Assembly: GCA_013239625.1 (NCBI GenBank)
Contig: MU053184.1
Coordinates: 202,220-266,219, forward strand
Length of the DNA stretch: 64,000 nt
Direction: 5' to 3'
Source: Lama guanicoe
Lineage: Eukaryota
Shown: positions 24,165 to 36,118 of the stretch, in pieces
How positions within the stretch are numbered: position 1 is the first letter of the stretch
How the letters are laid out: every line of letters begins with the position of its first letter
Notes under the pieces: model-generated
The model's database searches: none
Told to the model about the DNA's origin: nothing
Seen by the model: only the letters and a program-made list of their open reading frames with translations
Program-made: the position numbers and the translations under genes

Positions 24165-24635
24165 TAGCTGCAGTAATATTTCTGGTGTCACGTGTTCTTT
24201 TGGATCCTCACGACTTCCCATGTAGAGGTGACACCAGTTTCCCCTCCCTGTGAACCTGCAAGGGCTCCAAACAATAGCATGTAGAGGAAGTGATGTGCTT
24301 TTGAGGCTAGGTCATAGAAAAGGGTACATTTTCTCAATCTTTGGATATTTACCTTTGGAACCCAGCCACCAGCTGTCAGGAAGCATGAGCCACAAGGAGA
24401 GGCAACATGTAGGTGTTCTGGCCAGTAGCTCCAGCTCAGGCCCCAGCCATCATCAACCACCTTCAGAGGATTCCAGCCCCCCAGGGTGCAAGCTGTCCCC
24501 GCTGATGCCAAGTGGAGCAGAAACAGCTGTCCCCATGAAGCGCTGCCCAAATTGCAGCTAGTGAGCAAAATAAACGTTGTTTTGAGACACCAAGCTCTGG
24601 AGTCATTCGTTTCTCAGCAATAATCAGGCAGTGCA
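24165..24635 (+). mobile_element. MaLR solo LTR (MLT1G-like)
   Basis: ttcagaggattccagcccc...gtggagcagaaacagctgtcccc...ctgcccaaattgcag...gtgagcaaaataaa. Confidence 0.85.
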
Positions 24636-25505
24636 CTGAAACCATCATGCCCATTACCTTGCTGAGAAAACTGAGACCCAGGGAAGGTGAATGAGCTTGC
24701 CTAAGCTCACCTTTTCTCCACCTAGCCAGTTCTGCCACCCGACAAGCCATGTCTCCTCTACGAGGTCTTTTGGCTAGTGTTGATGCACATAGATCCTCCC
24801 TCTTGTAACTCCGGTAGCCCACTGTGCTCTTGACACCTGTTCCCCACAACAGCCTCATGATGTAAATGTATCACACTCTTTGTTGTATGGTTTGAGGAAA
24901 ACAGGTGTGCAGTGAGGTTGGACACTTGCTGAAGGAAACAGTCAGAGGTCTGTCTTCTCTAAATAGCCGTTCTTTAAGTTTAAACTATTCCTGAATGCCT
25001 TTCTAAGGTCTTTACTTGGATCACTTATTTTGACCTTTAATGCAATATTGCCTTATTTTAGATCTAATCATTTTTGTGTATGTAGGCCCGTTTTCTGCAC
25101 CGGGTTGTGCGTTCCTACCAGTAGAGCTATGTCCCACATTGCTTTGGCATCCTTCTTAGAACTCTGCACAATGCTAGGCACATATGAGACACTCATCGAT
25201 TGAATGCACATAGAAAGCCACATTCAGCCTCCACAGAAGGTATTTTTAGGAAAAAAAAACATACACAGAAGTTAAACCCTGCAACTAAATCAGTAAGGGC
25301 TTTAGGCAAGTCTTAGTGATTTCCTTCTATTTTTCTTGCCTAAAAATATCTTGTCCCCTCTTTTTAAAAAATGTTCAAGTCTATCATAAGCATAAACACT
25401 TGGTTACATCTTTTTAAAGTAGCTTATTTTTTTTAATCTGGCTTTCTCATCAACCTAGTGTTTTTGTACAGTGTTAGAATTCTTTTTGTTTTGTTTTTTT
25501 TGCAG

Positions 25506-25612
25506 ATGAGGTATTTGAATGAAGGCCTCATATTGATCTCACTTATTGCTGTGGGCTCCAGCTTCAAATTGAAACTTGATCAGTATGGATTTGAGGCAGT
25601 CTGGAACATTAA
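25506..25612 (+). other. Candidate internal exon (107 nt) of an unidentified transcript
   Basis: Long T-rich tract ending ttttttgcag| and donor AA|gtaaga, in non-repetitive sequence. Confidence 0.4.
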
Positions 25613-26409
25613 GTAAGATCTTGTGAGACCGATATTTTTCCTTTTGTGTGATTTAATTTGGAGGGACAGGTAACAGGTAGGCTGGGGGAGAGATGGGTGC
25701 ACCCTTCAGTCAGCTGCTGGGAGTGAGTGCCTTGATTTTCTTTCCCGTGGCTTCTGCACAGCGGTCCTAGCTGAGTGGTCACAAATTGAGTGGCATCGCT
25801 ATGACTGTCCCATATGTCCTCTTGTCCGAATGTAGATTCTATTTTTAAAAGAGCCTCTTAAAAACTATGGAGGAATTTAGAGGGAAAGAATGGCATTTTG
25901 AGGGCCCCGTCCAGAAAATAAACACACGGGGCTTTTAAAAAATTTGCCATCAACACCCATTTACTGAACACCTACTATGAGCCAGGCACAGGCTTAGCAA
26001 AATGGAAAACAGTGGCTAATGTCACAGAGTTTGCAGCCTCACCTACCATTTCAAGGCATATCTCTTTGAAAGTTATGGGGCTGGAAAGAGCTTCAGAATG
26101 TAGTCCCATCTGACATGACTGTTCTCATAGCAGCACTACCTTATAGTTCTGCTGAATAGGGGTCTTATAGAATTTCAGATTAATAACTACTTTCTCAATA
26201 TAAACTGCTTAATGTGGGAGATCCTTAATGTCTGCACGTCCCATAAGCTTAACACTAATTTTGAGGCATAATTTAGGCATTAAAAAAAGGGACAAGTGAG
26301 GGAGATAAAAATATCATGGTATAGAGGTGGGAGAGCTGAGACTTCTCATTTTATAGAGCAGAAATGGAGGCCCATACAATGAATCATTGCACTCCATCAG
26401 GGTCCATGG

Positions 26410-26560
26410 ATCATGTAAACACATCCACTTATCCAGCAAACATTTATAAGTGAGGGTGGTTTCCTTGGCAGACACAGTGGCACTGTGAATACACAGTAGG
26501 TAAAATACAGCTGCTGCCTTCAAGGAGCTTAAGTTAGAAATCACAGCAGTGTAGGAAGAG
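26410..26560 (-). mobile_element. L2 3' end
   Basis: cagcaaacatttataagtg...gctgccttcaaggagcttaag. Confidence 0.65.
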
Positions 26561-27137
26561 GAAAATACCAATAGCTCATTATTCTACTGTCTTCTGAGTG
26601 CAAGGCGATTTTAATACAACTAACTGTAGAATAAAGCTTTTGGACCCATAAAGCTTTAAGTTTTGACTTCAACTTCAGCGATATCACTGTTCCTGTTTCC
26701 TTTTGGTTTGCTTTGCCACATATATTTTGCATAGCCCCTTAATTCTAACTTTTTTTCCTTTCCTGAACAGTTGAATTTGCGATTTTTTGACCTGCATCCG
26801 TAGTTCTCCATCTTCTAATGGGGAAGTTTATTCCATTCATATTTATTTTCACTCGTTATGCCTGATCCACTGTCATTGTGCTTTTTGTAATTTATGTCCC
26901 TTGACAAATCAACATTTTTTTTGTATTTTAAATGATTTAGATGATACAAAGTCTGTTTTCTTTTTGTTAGTGGTTACCTTTACATTATTTCAAAATAAAT
27001 TTGAACCAATCTTTTATCTCTAATTAACAATAACAAGAATGAAATGTAAACACACAGGTTCATAGTTAATACACATCTGGGAGGGTGAAAAACGAATCTC
27101 TAATTTTTCTAAAAGAATGTTGACATTTAGTTTAAAC

Positions 27138-27355
27138 CAGCGGTTTTCCCCGCAGGGTGAGTTTGTCCCCCTGGGGATATCTGGAAGTGTCTGGAGACAT
27201 TTTTGGTTGCCACAGCTGTGGGGAGGGTTGTGCTTCTGGCACCGTAGTGCGTACAGAACCGAGATGCCACTCAACATCCTGCGATGCGCAAGACAGCCCC
27301 CACAGCAGAGAGTCATGGCCAAACGTGCTGATAGGGACGAAGTTGAGAAACCCTG
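27138..27355 (+). mobile_element. MER20 hAT-Charlie MITE, full length
   Basis: tgtctggagacatttttggttgccacag...gttgagaaaccctg; 8-bp TSD gtttaaac/gtttacac. Confidence 0.95.
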
Positions 27356-28036
27356 GTTTACACTTCAGCTTGGTCACACCTAAGTAAATTTTACTACCAT
27401 AAATATATTTTTTTCTCCAATTTCACACTCGAAAACGAAAGAAAAGGAATTGCATGTATATGTTCTCTTTCCCATTCTTAGTGTATCTTTCTTAATTTGT
27501 TCTATCTAAAAATCAACACAACCCTTTGTTGAAACATCTCTTTTCTGTTATTTATTTACTTTTGCCCCCGCCCTTCCCAGGTGTGCTGTACTGGAGTTCA
27601 GGCGTTACTCAGGGTGGCACACATTAGGACGCTAGTCCCCTTGCAGATGGAGACAAACTCAGATGAAAGCACAGATGGCATCAGGAGAATCCTGGCCTCT
27701 CTCCTGAGCTCCAGCACTTCCCTGCTTCCCCACTTCCTCATCCCAGCTGGACTCCAAGCCTCTTGAGGGGGCAAGGAGCAGACGTTCCCTAACATCTGAA
27801 GGATGTGTGTGTACACAGCCAGGGTTGATGCTTGGGGAGGGGGTTCAGAAACTCCCTCAGGCGGTGCATCCAGACTGTATAATAATACTCCAACTTAACT
27901 GATTTTCCCCATGGAAAGAGTAAATATAATATGGAAGTTTAGAGCCAGATTGTTATTAGATTGTTATTAAGTTATTTTCATTATGCCTCTTTTTTCAATA
28001 ATTGTTATCAGTGATAATTATTTAACTATTTTAGTA

Positions 28037-28214
28037 CAGTAATTCTCAACCATAGCTACACATTAGAATCACGTGGGGAATTGCTTAAAGATACTTTTGG
28101 GGGGCCTGCTCTAGACCAATTAAATCAGAATATCTGGGCATAGCAACAAAACAGTGGTACTCTTACAAGCTTCCCAGTGATTCCAGTGTGCAGCCAGGTT
28201 TTCAGAACCCGTTG
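28037..28214 (+). mobile_element. MER5B-like MITE
   Basis: cagtaattctcaacc...cacattagaatcacgtgggg...agaccaattaaatcagaat...gtgattccagtgtgcagccagg. Confidence 0.85.
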
Positions 28215-28710
28215 CTTTAGTGGTTGCATCACTCATCACCCATTATTCTGTACCAAAGACGCCTTATTCTTGACTCCTCAATTTTATCCTTCTCTTGGCA
28301 GTTTTTTTCTGCATCTGTACATGGAGATAGTATCACTGGGTGCCTTAACACACAGATGAGAATTTGGCTGGCTGTTGTGTTCAGGTTACCATTTATATGT
28401 TACTATCTATGGTGAGAACTACATAGACAGCGATCTTTTTCTTTCTGAGTTTACAAAATATTAACATAATTTTTTTCCTTGCCTAGATTCTTCATGATAT
28501 TTTCTTTGTCTTCGAAATGGAACAATTTATGAGGCTATGTGTGAGTTGGTTTCTTTTAACTTGTTCTGTCTGGGCACCAGTGACTCCCTTTGGTAATGAG
28601 GCCCAAGGATTTCTTCATCTTAAGATGATTTTCTTCTCTGTATTTCTGTGTTTGCTCCTCTCCTGTGTGCTTGGTCATTTTCTTCTGGAATATCTAGTCC
28701 ACATCTATTG

Positions 28711-28884
28711 TAGTGATTCCCAAACTTGTTTACATATCAGATTCACCTGGGGACCTTATAAACGTCCCAAAGCTCAGGTCACACTTAGTCTAATTAAATT
28801 GCATTCTCTGGGGCTGGAACACAGGCCCCAGGAGTACATAGAGCTCCCAGGTCATCCAGTGTGCAGGCAAACTGGGAACCACAG
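28711..28884 (+). mobile_element. MER5B-like MITE
   Basis: tagtgattcccaaactt...attcacctgggga...gctcccaggtcatccagtgtgcag...gggaaccac. Confidence 0.8.
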
Positions 28885-29201
28885 ATGTGCTGGGCTTCCT
28901 GGATTTGTTTTTCACAGCTCCCTTTGTTCCTTCACTTCATTCAGGTGTACTCTCTTCTGCACCCGGTATAAGGATTGGAGACAAAGACCTGCGTCAGCCT
29001 GAATGTCTCTCCAGTTGTTCCCCAGGCCGGGTGAGTTTATAGCGCTCTCTCTGTATTTCATTAGCACAGTTCATAGCCTGACTTACCTCATTGCTTGGCT
29101 TTGTTTCTTGTCTCTGTTAATCACTTTTTCAGTGGCATGTGTCCAGTTCTCACCATGGTGCCACTACTTACCTATTTTAGGATTCCCATTTGCTTAGGAA
29201 A

Positions 29202-29324
29202 CAATGGTTCTCAAACTTGGTCGCACATTGGAATCATGAATCCACTCCCAGAGACTCAGATTTAATTATTCTGGGGATCAGAGGGTATTAGAAATGTGTA
29301 TGCAACCGGGATGGAGGACTGCTG
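29202..29324 (-). mobile_element. MER5B-like MITE (internally deleted)
   Basis: caatggttctcaaacttggtcgcacattggaatca...cccagagactcagatttaatt. Confidence 0.7.
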
Positions 29325-29361
29325 CCCTAGGCCTTTTGTTAGCCGGTTTTTGTGTGTTGAT

Positions 29362-29546
29362 GGTGGTAGCCGTCAAGGTTTAGCGTGCATCAGAATCATT
29401 TCGAGGGCTTCACAAAAGCTGCATCTCTTCCTCCCTCCAGAGTTTCTTATTTAGTGGGTCTGAGGTAAGGCCCAATAATTTGCATTTCTAACAAATTCCC
29501 AGGTCATACAGATGCTGTCTGTAAACGCTACTTTAAGAACTTGTGG
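29362..29546 (-). mobile_element. MER5A MITE
   Basis: gcgtgcatcagaatca...gagggctt...atttgcatttctaacaaattcccaggt. Confidence 0.85.
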
Positions 29547-30871
29547 ATTCTTCCAGATTCATTGAGCTCCTTCCCCTCCCACCTATGATATACTGGATTT
29601 ATTTAACGGTGGCACTTGTTTTATGTAATGTGTGTATTTTACATGCTTGTATGTAATTAGAGGTCTCAATTATAAGACATTACAATCACTCAGATCCATC
29701 TGGGTCTTTTGAAGCGCTGTTTGGCAAACAATGTGTGGCAAGGTGCAAAAAAGGGCAAAAAGCATCAAATGGACTGTGCTGGAGTAAGTGCCCAGATACC
29801 CTCTCCCCATGCTTTAATTGCTGTTGCTAATATTTCTGCTTGCCGTGGATGTGGAAAAAGAGATGGAGCTAAAATGGTTGAAAATTCAGAAAGACGTTAC
29901 CCTGTGGGTAAAAGCATACACTCTGTGAGTATTAGTGCAGCTTTACTCCTTGGAGCTGAAATATCTTTTCTGCTCCCATGATGTCTTTGTATACCACAAG
30001 GTGGCCAACATTGTAAGCCCTTTGCAAACTAGAAGGGTCTTTGTCTTTTGGAAGGCCAGGGTTGCCTTGGCATCGTAACATTGTTTACCGACTGGATCGC
30101 ACTTTTTAATTTAGCAAGGGCGTTTTTCACTTCAGTGCAGTTTTTCCTTCCCTCTTTGTAACCCACCTGTTCCAGTTTTAGAAATACAGTAGCCTCTTGG
30201 AATATGTTGAGAATGTAGTTAGAAAGTTTTAAAGTTGATTTTTCCCACAGTAATTTTTATAGGAAGACATTAGCTCTGATTTCTCAGTGTAGTTCCTCAT
30301 TTTGTGAACTGCAGAAAGTTTGTTTCTAGTGATTTTTTTTTCTCTCCTAGTGCTTGTCTTTTCCAAAGAAGCCTTATGCTTTTCTCATACTGGGGACTGA
30401 AGTGGGTCTTGTTGGAATTCTATGTGTGCTCTATTTCAGATCTCCTAGCCAAAGGGAGACATTTATTTTTCCTTTCTTCTTCCTTCACCAGTGCGTACTT
30501 GCAGCAGCCTGGGGGTATAGGTTGGAAGCCAAAACTAGATGGTGTGTGTTGAGAGGTTATACCTCTCAACTGAAAAATAAGTGATTATTTATGGTAGGAG
30601 GAATGATTTGGGTACCACTGCATCCCTTTGTCTAGCGAGGCCCTCAGTACCTCTCTAGACAGGTCAGGGGTCACACGGCTATGTCCTACCTCATTGGGAT
30701 GACCGTTGATGTTTTTGTGCTTACAGAGGCGATCGTGGGAGTCACGGGTTGCTGACTGTCCCTCCACCTGCCCTAATTTCCAGCCCTCATCCCTTCTGCT
30801 TAGATGAAACTATCCTCATCTTTTCCCTAGGTGAGCTGCTCCTTCACAGGTGGGGAGATGTAGGTCTACAT

Positions 30872-31068
30872 CAAAGGTTTCTAACCCTTTTATGCAAAGG
30901 GACAGATAGTAAATATTTCACACTTTGCAGAAGATGCTCCCTCTCTCAAAACTAGTCACATCTGCTGTTTTATTGAGAAAGCAGCCATAAACAATACATA
31001 AACAAACGGGCATGGTTATACTCCAATGAAATTTACTCTAAAAACAGCCCATAGTTTGCTGACCTCTG
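30872..31068. mobile_element. MER58A MITE
   Basis: aagggacagatagtaaatattt...gaaagcagccataaacaatacataaacaaacgggcatgg...catagtttgctgacctctg. Confidence 0.9.
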
Positions 31069-31196
31069 AGGTAGATGGTCTTTTCCCACCTAAACTCTGT
31101 GTCAATCAAGGTCTTAAGTTTCCGATGTCCTCTTGTCCCAATTTGTAATTTGATGTAGGATTTTCTTCACTTTATATTCTTTTTGTTATTTCAAAG

Positions 31197-31208
31197 GTGA
31201 TAATGGAG
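31197..31208 (+). other. Candidate 12-nt microexon
   Basis: ~35-nt pyrimidine-rich tract ending tcaaag|GTGATAATGGAG|gtgagt, with a consensus donor. Confidence 0.3.
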
Positions 31209-31769
31209 GTGAGTCAGACACATGTCGTCAATTTGCCATCTTTTCAGGAATCTCTAATGCCTGATGTTTTTTAATGTTAAATATCATGTTCCATGATAAA
31301 GACTTTTAATGTCCTTTAGCTCCACATTGATACTTAGTTTCAATAAATGAATACTGACATCTGAAGCCTAGTTTTTAATTTTCTTTAAGAATTCTCTTCT
31401 ATGCTTATTTAATAGCAAAAATACTCTTCTCCAGAGACAGTAGGGTTTGTGTGAAGCCTGAATTTCTTGGCTTGACTCCATATGTTACTGTTGCAGAAAG
31501 ATTTTCATGGCTAGAGAAACATAAGTTTCTTTCCAGATTCTGTAACTTAGAAAATACCAGCACTTGAGTCCCATTCAGGAATAGTGAAGACTCAAAAATC
31601 TCCTTCTTAAGGTCATATTTTCAATAAAATCTGAACAGATGAAGATATGAGATGCTCCCTGGGTGGAAATTCAGGCAGTAAATATAAAACAGTTTCTCTG
31701 TTCTAGACACCATGGATGTTTCGGGGGTATAAATCCTAGTTCCTCGCTTCTAGGGATGAATCATAAAGT

Positions 31770-32150
31770 TGATTGGTTCATTCCCTTTTTCAACACATAT
31801 TGATTGAGTGCTTGTTACATGTCAGGTTATGTTCTAGGCTCCCCAAACACAAAGATTAAGACTTGGCCCCTAAAAAGATGTTTGTAGTTTATCAGGGAAG
31901 ATAGATATGCAAACCAGTGATTGGGACAGAGAATGATTAGGGCTGTAATGGAGAAGGTCACAAAGTATGATGAGTGAACTCAACCCTGCTGGGAGCAGAA
32001 AAAATTTAGAGCAGGCTTTCTAGGAATTGATGAATTTGAGTTGATTGAGTTAAATGATCAGAATTTTCCACCCAGTGGGGAGGAGTTGGCAGAATGTGTA
32101 GAGTCAGGGAGCAATGAAATCACAGGGGTAGCACAAGGAACTCTGTGCAG
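31770..32150 (-). mobile_element. L2 3' region
   Basis: caacacatattgattgagtgcttgttacatgtcagg... Confidence 0.7.
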
Positions 32151-32609
32151 GTGTATCCTAATAATTTTCACACTTAATCTTTGCATTTTAACTACTCGCA
32201 GCCAGCACTAAGGGCTATGGTATGGAGTAATTGGGAAGTTTGCTAAGATACCGTTTTGAATTGCCTGTAGAGAGAGGGTCTTATTTAATCCCTGTGTCTT
32301 CAGCACCTAGGACAGTGCCCAGCACTAGATGGGAATGTTTGTTGAATCAATGATCCTTTAGTTAGTGGATGAATACAGAGCTTTCAGGTGGGGGTATGGT
32401 TTTGGTATTCTGTACTCAGCCGAGAACCTCTTGTGAAATAATGATTTGAAAATACTGTTCCTTTGTGGGGAAATAAGATGGTCCTGGAAAGACAGCATAC
32501 TGTTAGTTTTGGTGAAGACGGCTAGGAGAGACTCCTCATATAGTCATCTCTATCTGATTAAATGTTAAAATACTTTTGAGTAACCCCTGTCTCTTCTGTT
32601 TGTCTCACA

Positions 32610-33260
32610 GCTCCTTTCCATACACATACACATCCAATCCATCACCAAATCCTTTGCCTCTCTCTTGGAAATAAGAGCTAAATCTGGCACTTTTCGCCAC
32701 CTCCATCACAGCCCAAGCCACCGCCATCATAGACGACCATCACTTGTCACAGGCACTTCCTTCTGCTCCCTCTGCTTCTCTCCGTCACTGAGCTCTAATG
32801 ATCTTTCCTCCACCAGCAGGCAGAGCAGCCTTCTAAAACATAAATCAGATCATCACCCCGCTGCTCAGAAACCTCTAGTGGCTTCCCATTGAAATATCTG
32901 GGGCCTAAAGGCCCCTGTGTGGCCCGGCCCCACCTCCCTCTGACCCAATCTCCACTCTTCCCCTTGTTCCCTGGACTCCAGCTTGTCTAGGCTTCTAGGC
33001 TTATCGCCATCCCTCAAACTCGTCAGTACACCCCCTCTTCAGCGCCTGTTTTTGCCTCTGTCTGGATTCCTCCTTCACTTCCATCACTTCTCTCTATTCT
33101 AGTGCCATCTTGTTTGAGAAGCTATCTTTAATCCCCACATAAGATAGTATAAAACAGCACCACTGCCATCCCAGGACATGTTACGTGTTCTTCTGTTTAC
33201 TTTTTTATGAACTGTTATTCCTCACTGTAAGTTTCATAGGATCATTGTTTGTTTCACAGT
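32610..33260 (+). mobile_element. L2 fragment
   Basis: catccaatccatcaccaaatcc...ctaaaacataaatcagatcatcacccc gctgctcagaaacctctagtggcttccca. Confidence 0.85.
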
Positions 33261-33524
33261 AAAGATTCTTAACCTGAAAAATATATACTTTGATTTTATT
33301 ACAGAAATTTTGAATTTGGGGATGGCTGGTGTCTGCAGTGGGAATTGCTCTGTGCTCTATGTAGAAGCAAGAAAGGAAGTGACAGGAAGAGCTGTTTCAG
33401 GAGGGGACCACGCAGTTCTTTCTCAGGGAGCATAGGTGGAGCTTAGCTGGGCCATGATTGAGCCTCAGGAATCGCAGGTTTTGGGGATGCATTTGATGTA
33501 AAATTTTTTCCTTAAAGTCTGTGG

Positions 33525-33725
33525 TAAATAATAATGGCTAACATTCGTATATCAATGGTATAACCTATGAAGTAAGTGCTCTATCTTCTCCAGTGTATAG
33601 ATAAGGAAGCTGTAGCATAGAAAGAATGAGCAACTTGTCTGAATCCACTTTGACCAATTAGCAAAACTGGGATTTAGCTGAGTCCAGCCAACTCCACTGT
33701 CTGCCTGCTCGACCACCTTGCTGCT
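33525..33725 (-). mobile_element. MIR SINE
   Basis: aataataatggctaacatt...tagataaggaagctgtagcatagaaag. Confidence 0.7.
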
Positions 33726-34689
33726 CTGCCCATGAGGGACAAGGAACAAAGGATGTTTCCCTGATGTCTGCCCATCACATTCCCAGATCTGATTCAGTCT
33801 TGGTTGTATTAAGTACTGCTTGTGGCATCATATGAAGAGCTTTGTATTCATTTCTTTGCTGAAAATATACTCACCACTCTTTCAGGAGTGCTGGGAGCAG
33901 ACTCTGTGAAATATAATAAAATACATTCACTCTCCGTACAAATCAGCCTTAAATGGGGCAGAAGGATTGAAGACCTCTCCCCGAGTGAATGATTTTGTAG
34001 ATTATTGATTTGGGCAGCAGTTTATTTAAACATTAAAACCTTGAATGAAGTAACGTAGCCTGAAGAAAAATGTGTCAAGTACAGTCCTTGTTGCAGCTAG
34101 TCTTTCACCCTCAGAGGGCTTTGTAAACTGTCCACATGTATTTGTTTTTTAAAAAAATATTTTCTCAAGGTAGAAAAGAATGGATTGAGAAAGTGAGAGT
34201 GGGATTTGTGTCTAGGATTTATAATCGCTTTGAAAAGGAGGCTTTTGAAAGGCTTGCCTTGTTTTTGTTTTCAGAAACATTCTGTCTTTGGAGCCAGTCC
34301 GAAAACGCTAGATGTTGTTATTCAGATTCTGAAAAATATAAAATGTCTCCTTCTCCCTTCTCTGTTGCCTGCATCCCCTTCATCTTTCTTTATTACAATG
34401 GGTACATGAACTTGGTATTCGCACTGAAGGAGTTAGCAGAGGTGGAGCCCCTAATTGAGAGGAGTGATTGTGTGCCAGTTTAAAACTGGTGTGTGTGTGG
34501 GGGGGGTGGGAATTGATAGTTCTTGCCTAGGGTGTCACCAAATAACAGGTGAACAAATATTAATGCTACGTAGTTGTGTGTGATGCACAGAGCCCTATTA
34601 TACATACTTCCTTTGGATGACATTACTGCTAAATGTCCCTTTGTTTTTCTTATGTGTGTTTGTTAACTGTGGCTCTACAGCTGGTGTCC

Positions 34690-34885
34690 AAACTGTGAGA
34701 ACAGGGACCTGTATGACATAGACGTTAAGGAGGTGGGCTCCTGATTCCACCATGGCTTTGCAAATTAGGCAGGTTGCCTCCATAGTTCTAAGTTTCCCCA
34801 TCTGTAAAACGGGAATGATAGTGGATCCTGGAGGGAATAAAAGAGCTAGTATTTACAAATTTGTCAGTACAATGCCTCACATTTT
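34690..34885 (+). mobile_element. MIR SINE
   Basis: agtttccccatctgtaaaacgggaatgatagt. Confidence 0.75.
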
Positions 34886-35360
34886 TTTTACCTGCATACT
34901 TATGAAAATTCTTCCTAAGTCTTCAATAAATTATTGCGCTAATCTTCATATATTAACTAATTTTCTCTAAAAATCCATTACTTGTAGAGAATCCCTTCAG
35001 AATTATCAGTGCTTCATTTCCAAAGAAATGGGGTGAGTGAGAAAATTAGAAAGGAGGGAAATACAAAGTTGACTAAAACCATAGGTCGATTATCTTGTGC
35101 TAATGGTCATGATGCTCCAATGAGCATACTCAGATTAGAGGCTCATGGTATGTATTTTACTGTCTTAATCCAGACTACATTCTTGTTAAGAATGAAAACA
35201 CTTAGCAAAACAGCTACAAATAAATTGAAGAGAATGAATTGCCAAGAATGTATGTAATGGATTCTGTCCTGTCAGGAACAAGGGTTCCTAGCTGAGAGAT
35301 TTAAGTGGGGAGGAAGATTGGAATGATTTGAGTAAAATATAAAACCATTCCATATACTAA

Positions 35361-35667
35361 TTTTTTTCTTCCTTTTAATTTTTCCTGAAGTGTAATGGAC
35401 ATACAGTATTAGTTTCAGATATGTAATATAGTGCTTCAACATTTACATACATGATGAAACTATCCCCACCATAAGTCTAGTAACCATCTGTGACCATAAA
35501 GTTACTATGATATTATTAATTATATTCCCTATGCTGTACTTTACATCCCTGTGACTTTGTTTTATAACTGAGGTTTGTGCCTCTTAATTCCCTTCACCCA
35601 ACCCCTTCCCCCTATTTCATCTAACCCCTTTTACCCTCCCCTCTTGCAACCCCCAGTTAGTTTTCTG
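35361..35667 (-). mobile_element. 5'-truncated L1 3' end with target-site duplication
   Basis: ccaccataagtctagtaaccatctgt...atattccctatgctgtactttacatccc; flanks ccatatactaattt (35350-35363) / ccacatactcattt (35668-35681). Confidence 0.9.
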
Positions 35668-35914
35668 CCACATACTCATTTCTTACCCATGATAGCTGGC
35701 CCCAGACCCTACCAGCCAAGTCTTTTGTCCGGATCTCAAACCTAGAAACCCTGATATGGTTCCCATTTCTGAACTTTTTCCTGACGATGTTCCCAAAGTA
35801 TGAATGTGTGTCCACTAAACCTCATCCACCTCAAAATGGGCTTTTAAAAATTATATATATATAAAAAAACAAAGCAGATGACTCCATATTTGCAAACAGT
35901 AGCATTTTGGAATC

Positions 35915-36118
35915 ACAGTGAAATGTGGCAAAATATGAATCAAGTCTGTATTTAGTTAATTGTGACGTCCTGGTGTTAATTTCTTAGTTTTGACGAATCA
36001 CGGTGACATAATATGTTGATATTGGGGAAAACAAAACTCTGTAAAGCAAAACTCTGTACTATCTTTGTAACTTTTCTGTTATCTAAAATTAATTAAAATG
36101 AAACACTTACTTAAAATG
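35915..36118 (+). mobile_element. L1MC/MD-like 3' end
   Basis: gttaatttcttagttttgac...aactctgtactatctttgtaacttttctgt..atctaaaatt. Confidence 0.8.

Larger units (their letters stand above)
26620..29200 (-). mobile_element. Very old L1/HAL1-like internal fragments, interrupted by MITEs
   Basis: T-rich antisense L1-like segments (ccttttggtttgctttgccacatatatt; gatattttctttgtcttcgaaatggaacaatttatgaggctatgtgtg). Confidence 0.5.

Noticed and set aside
28517..29002. 161-aa hydrophobic ORF
   Set aside because: Runs through T-rich old L1-like sequence and a MER5B; the hydrophobicity is compositional
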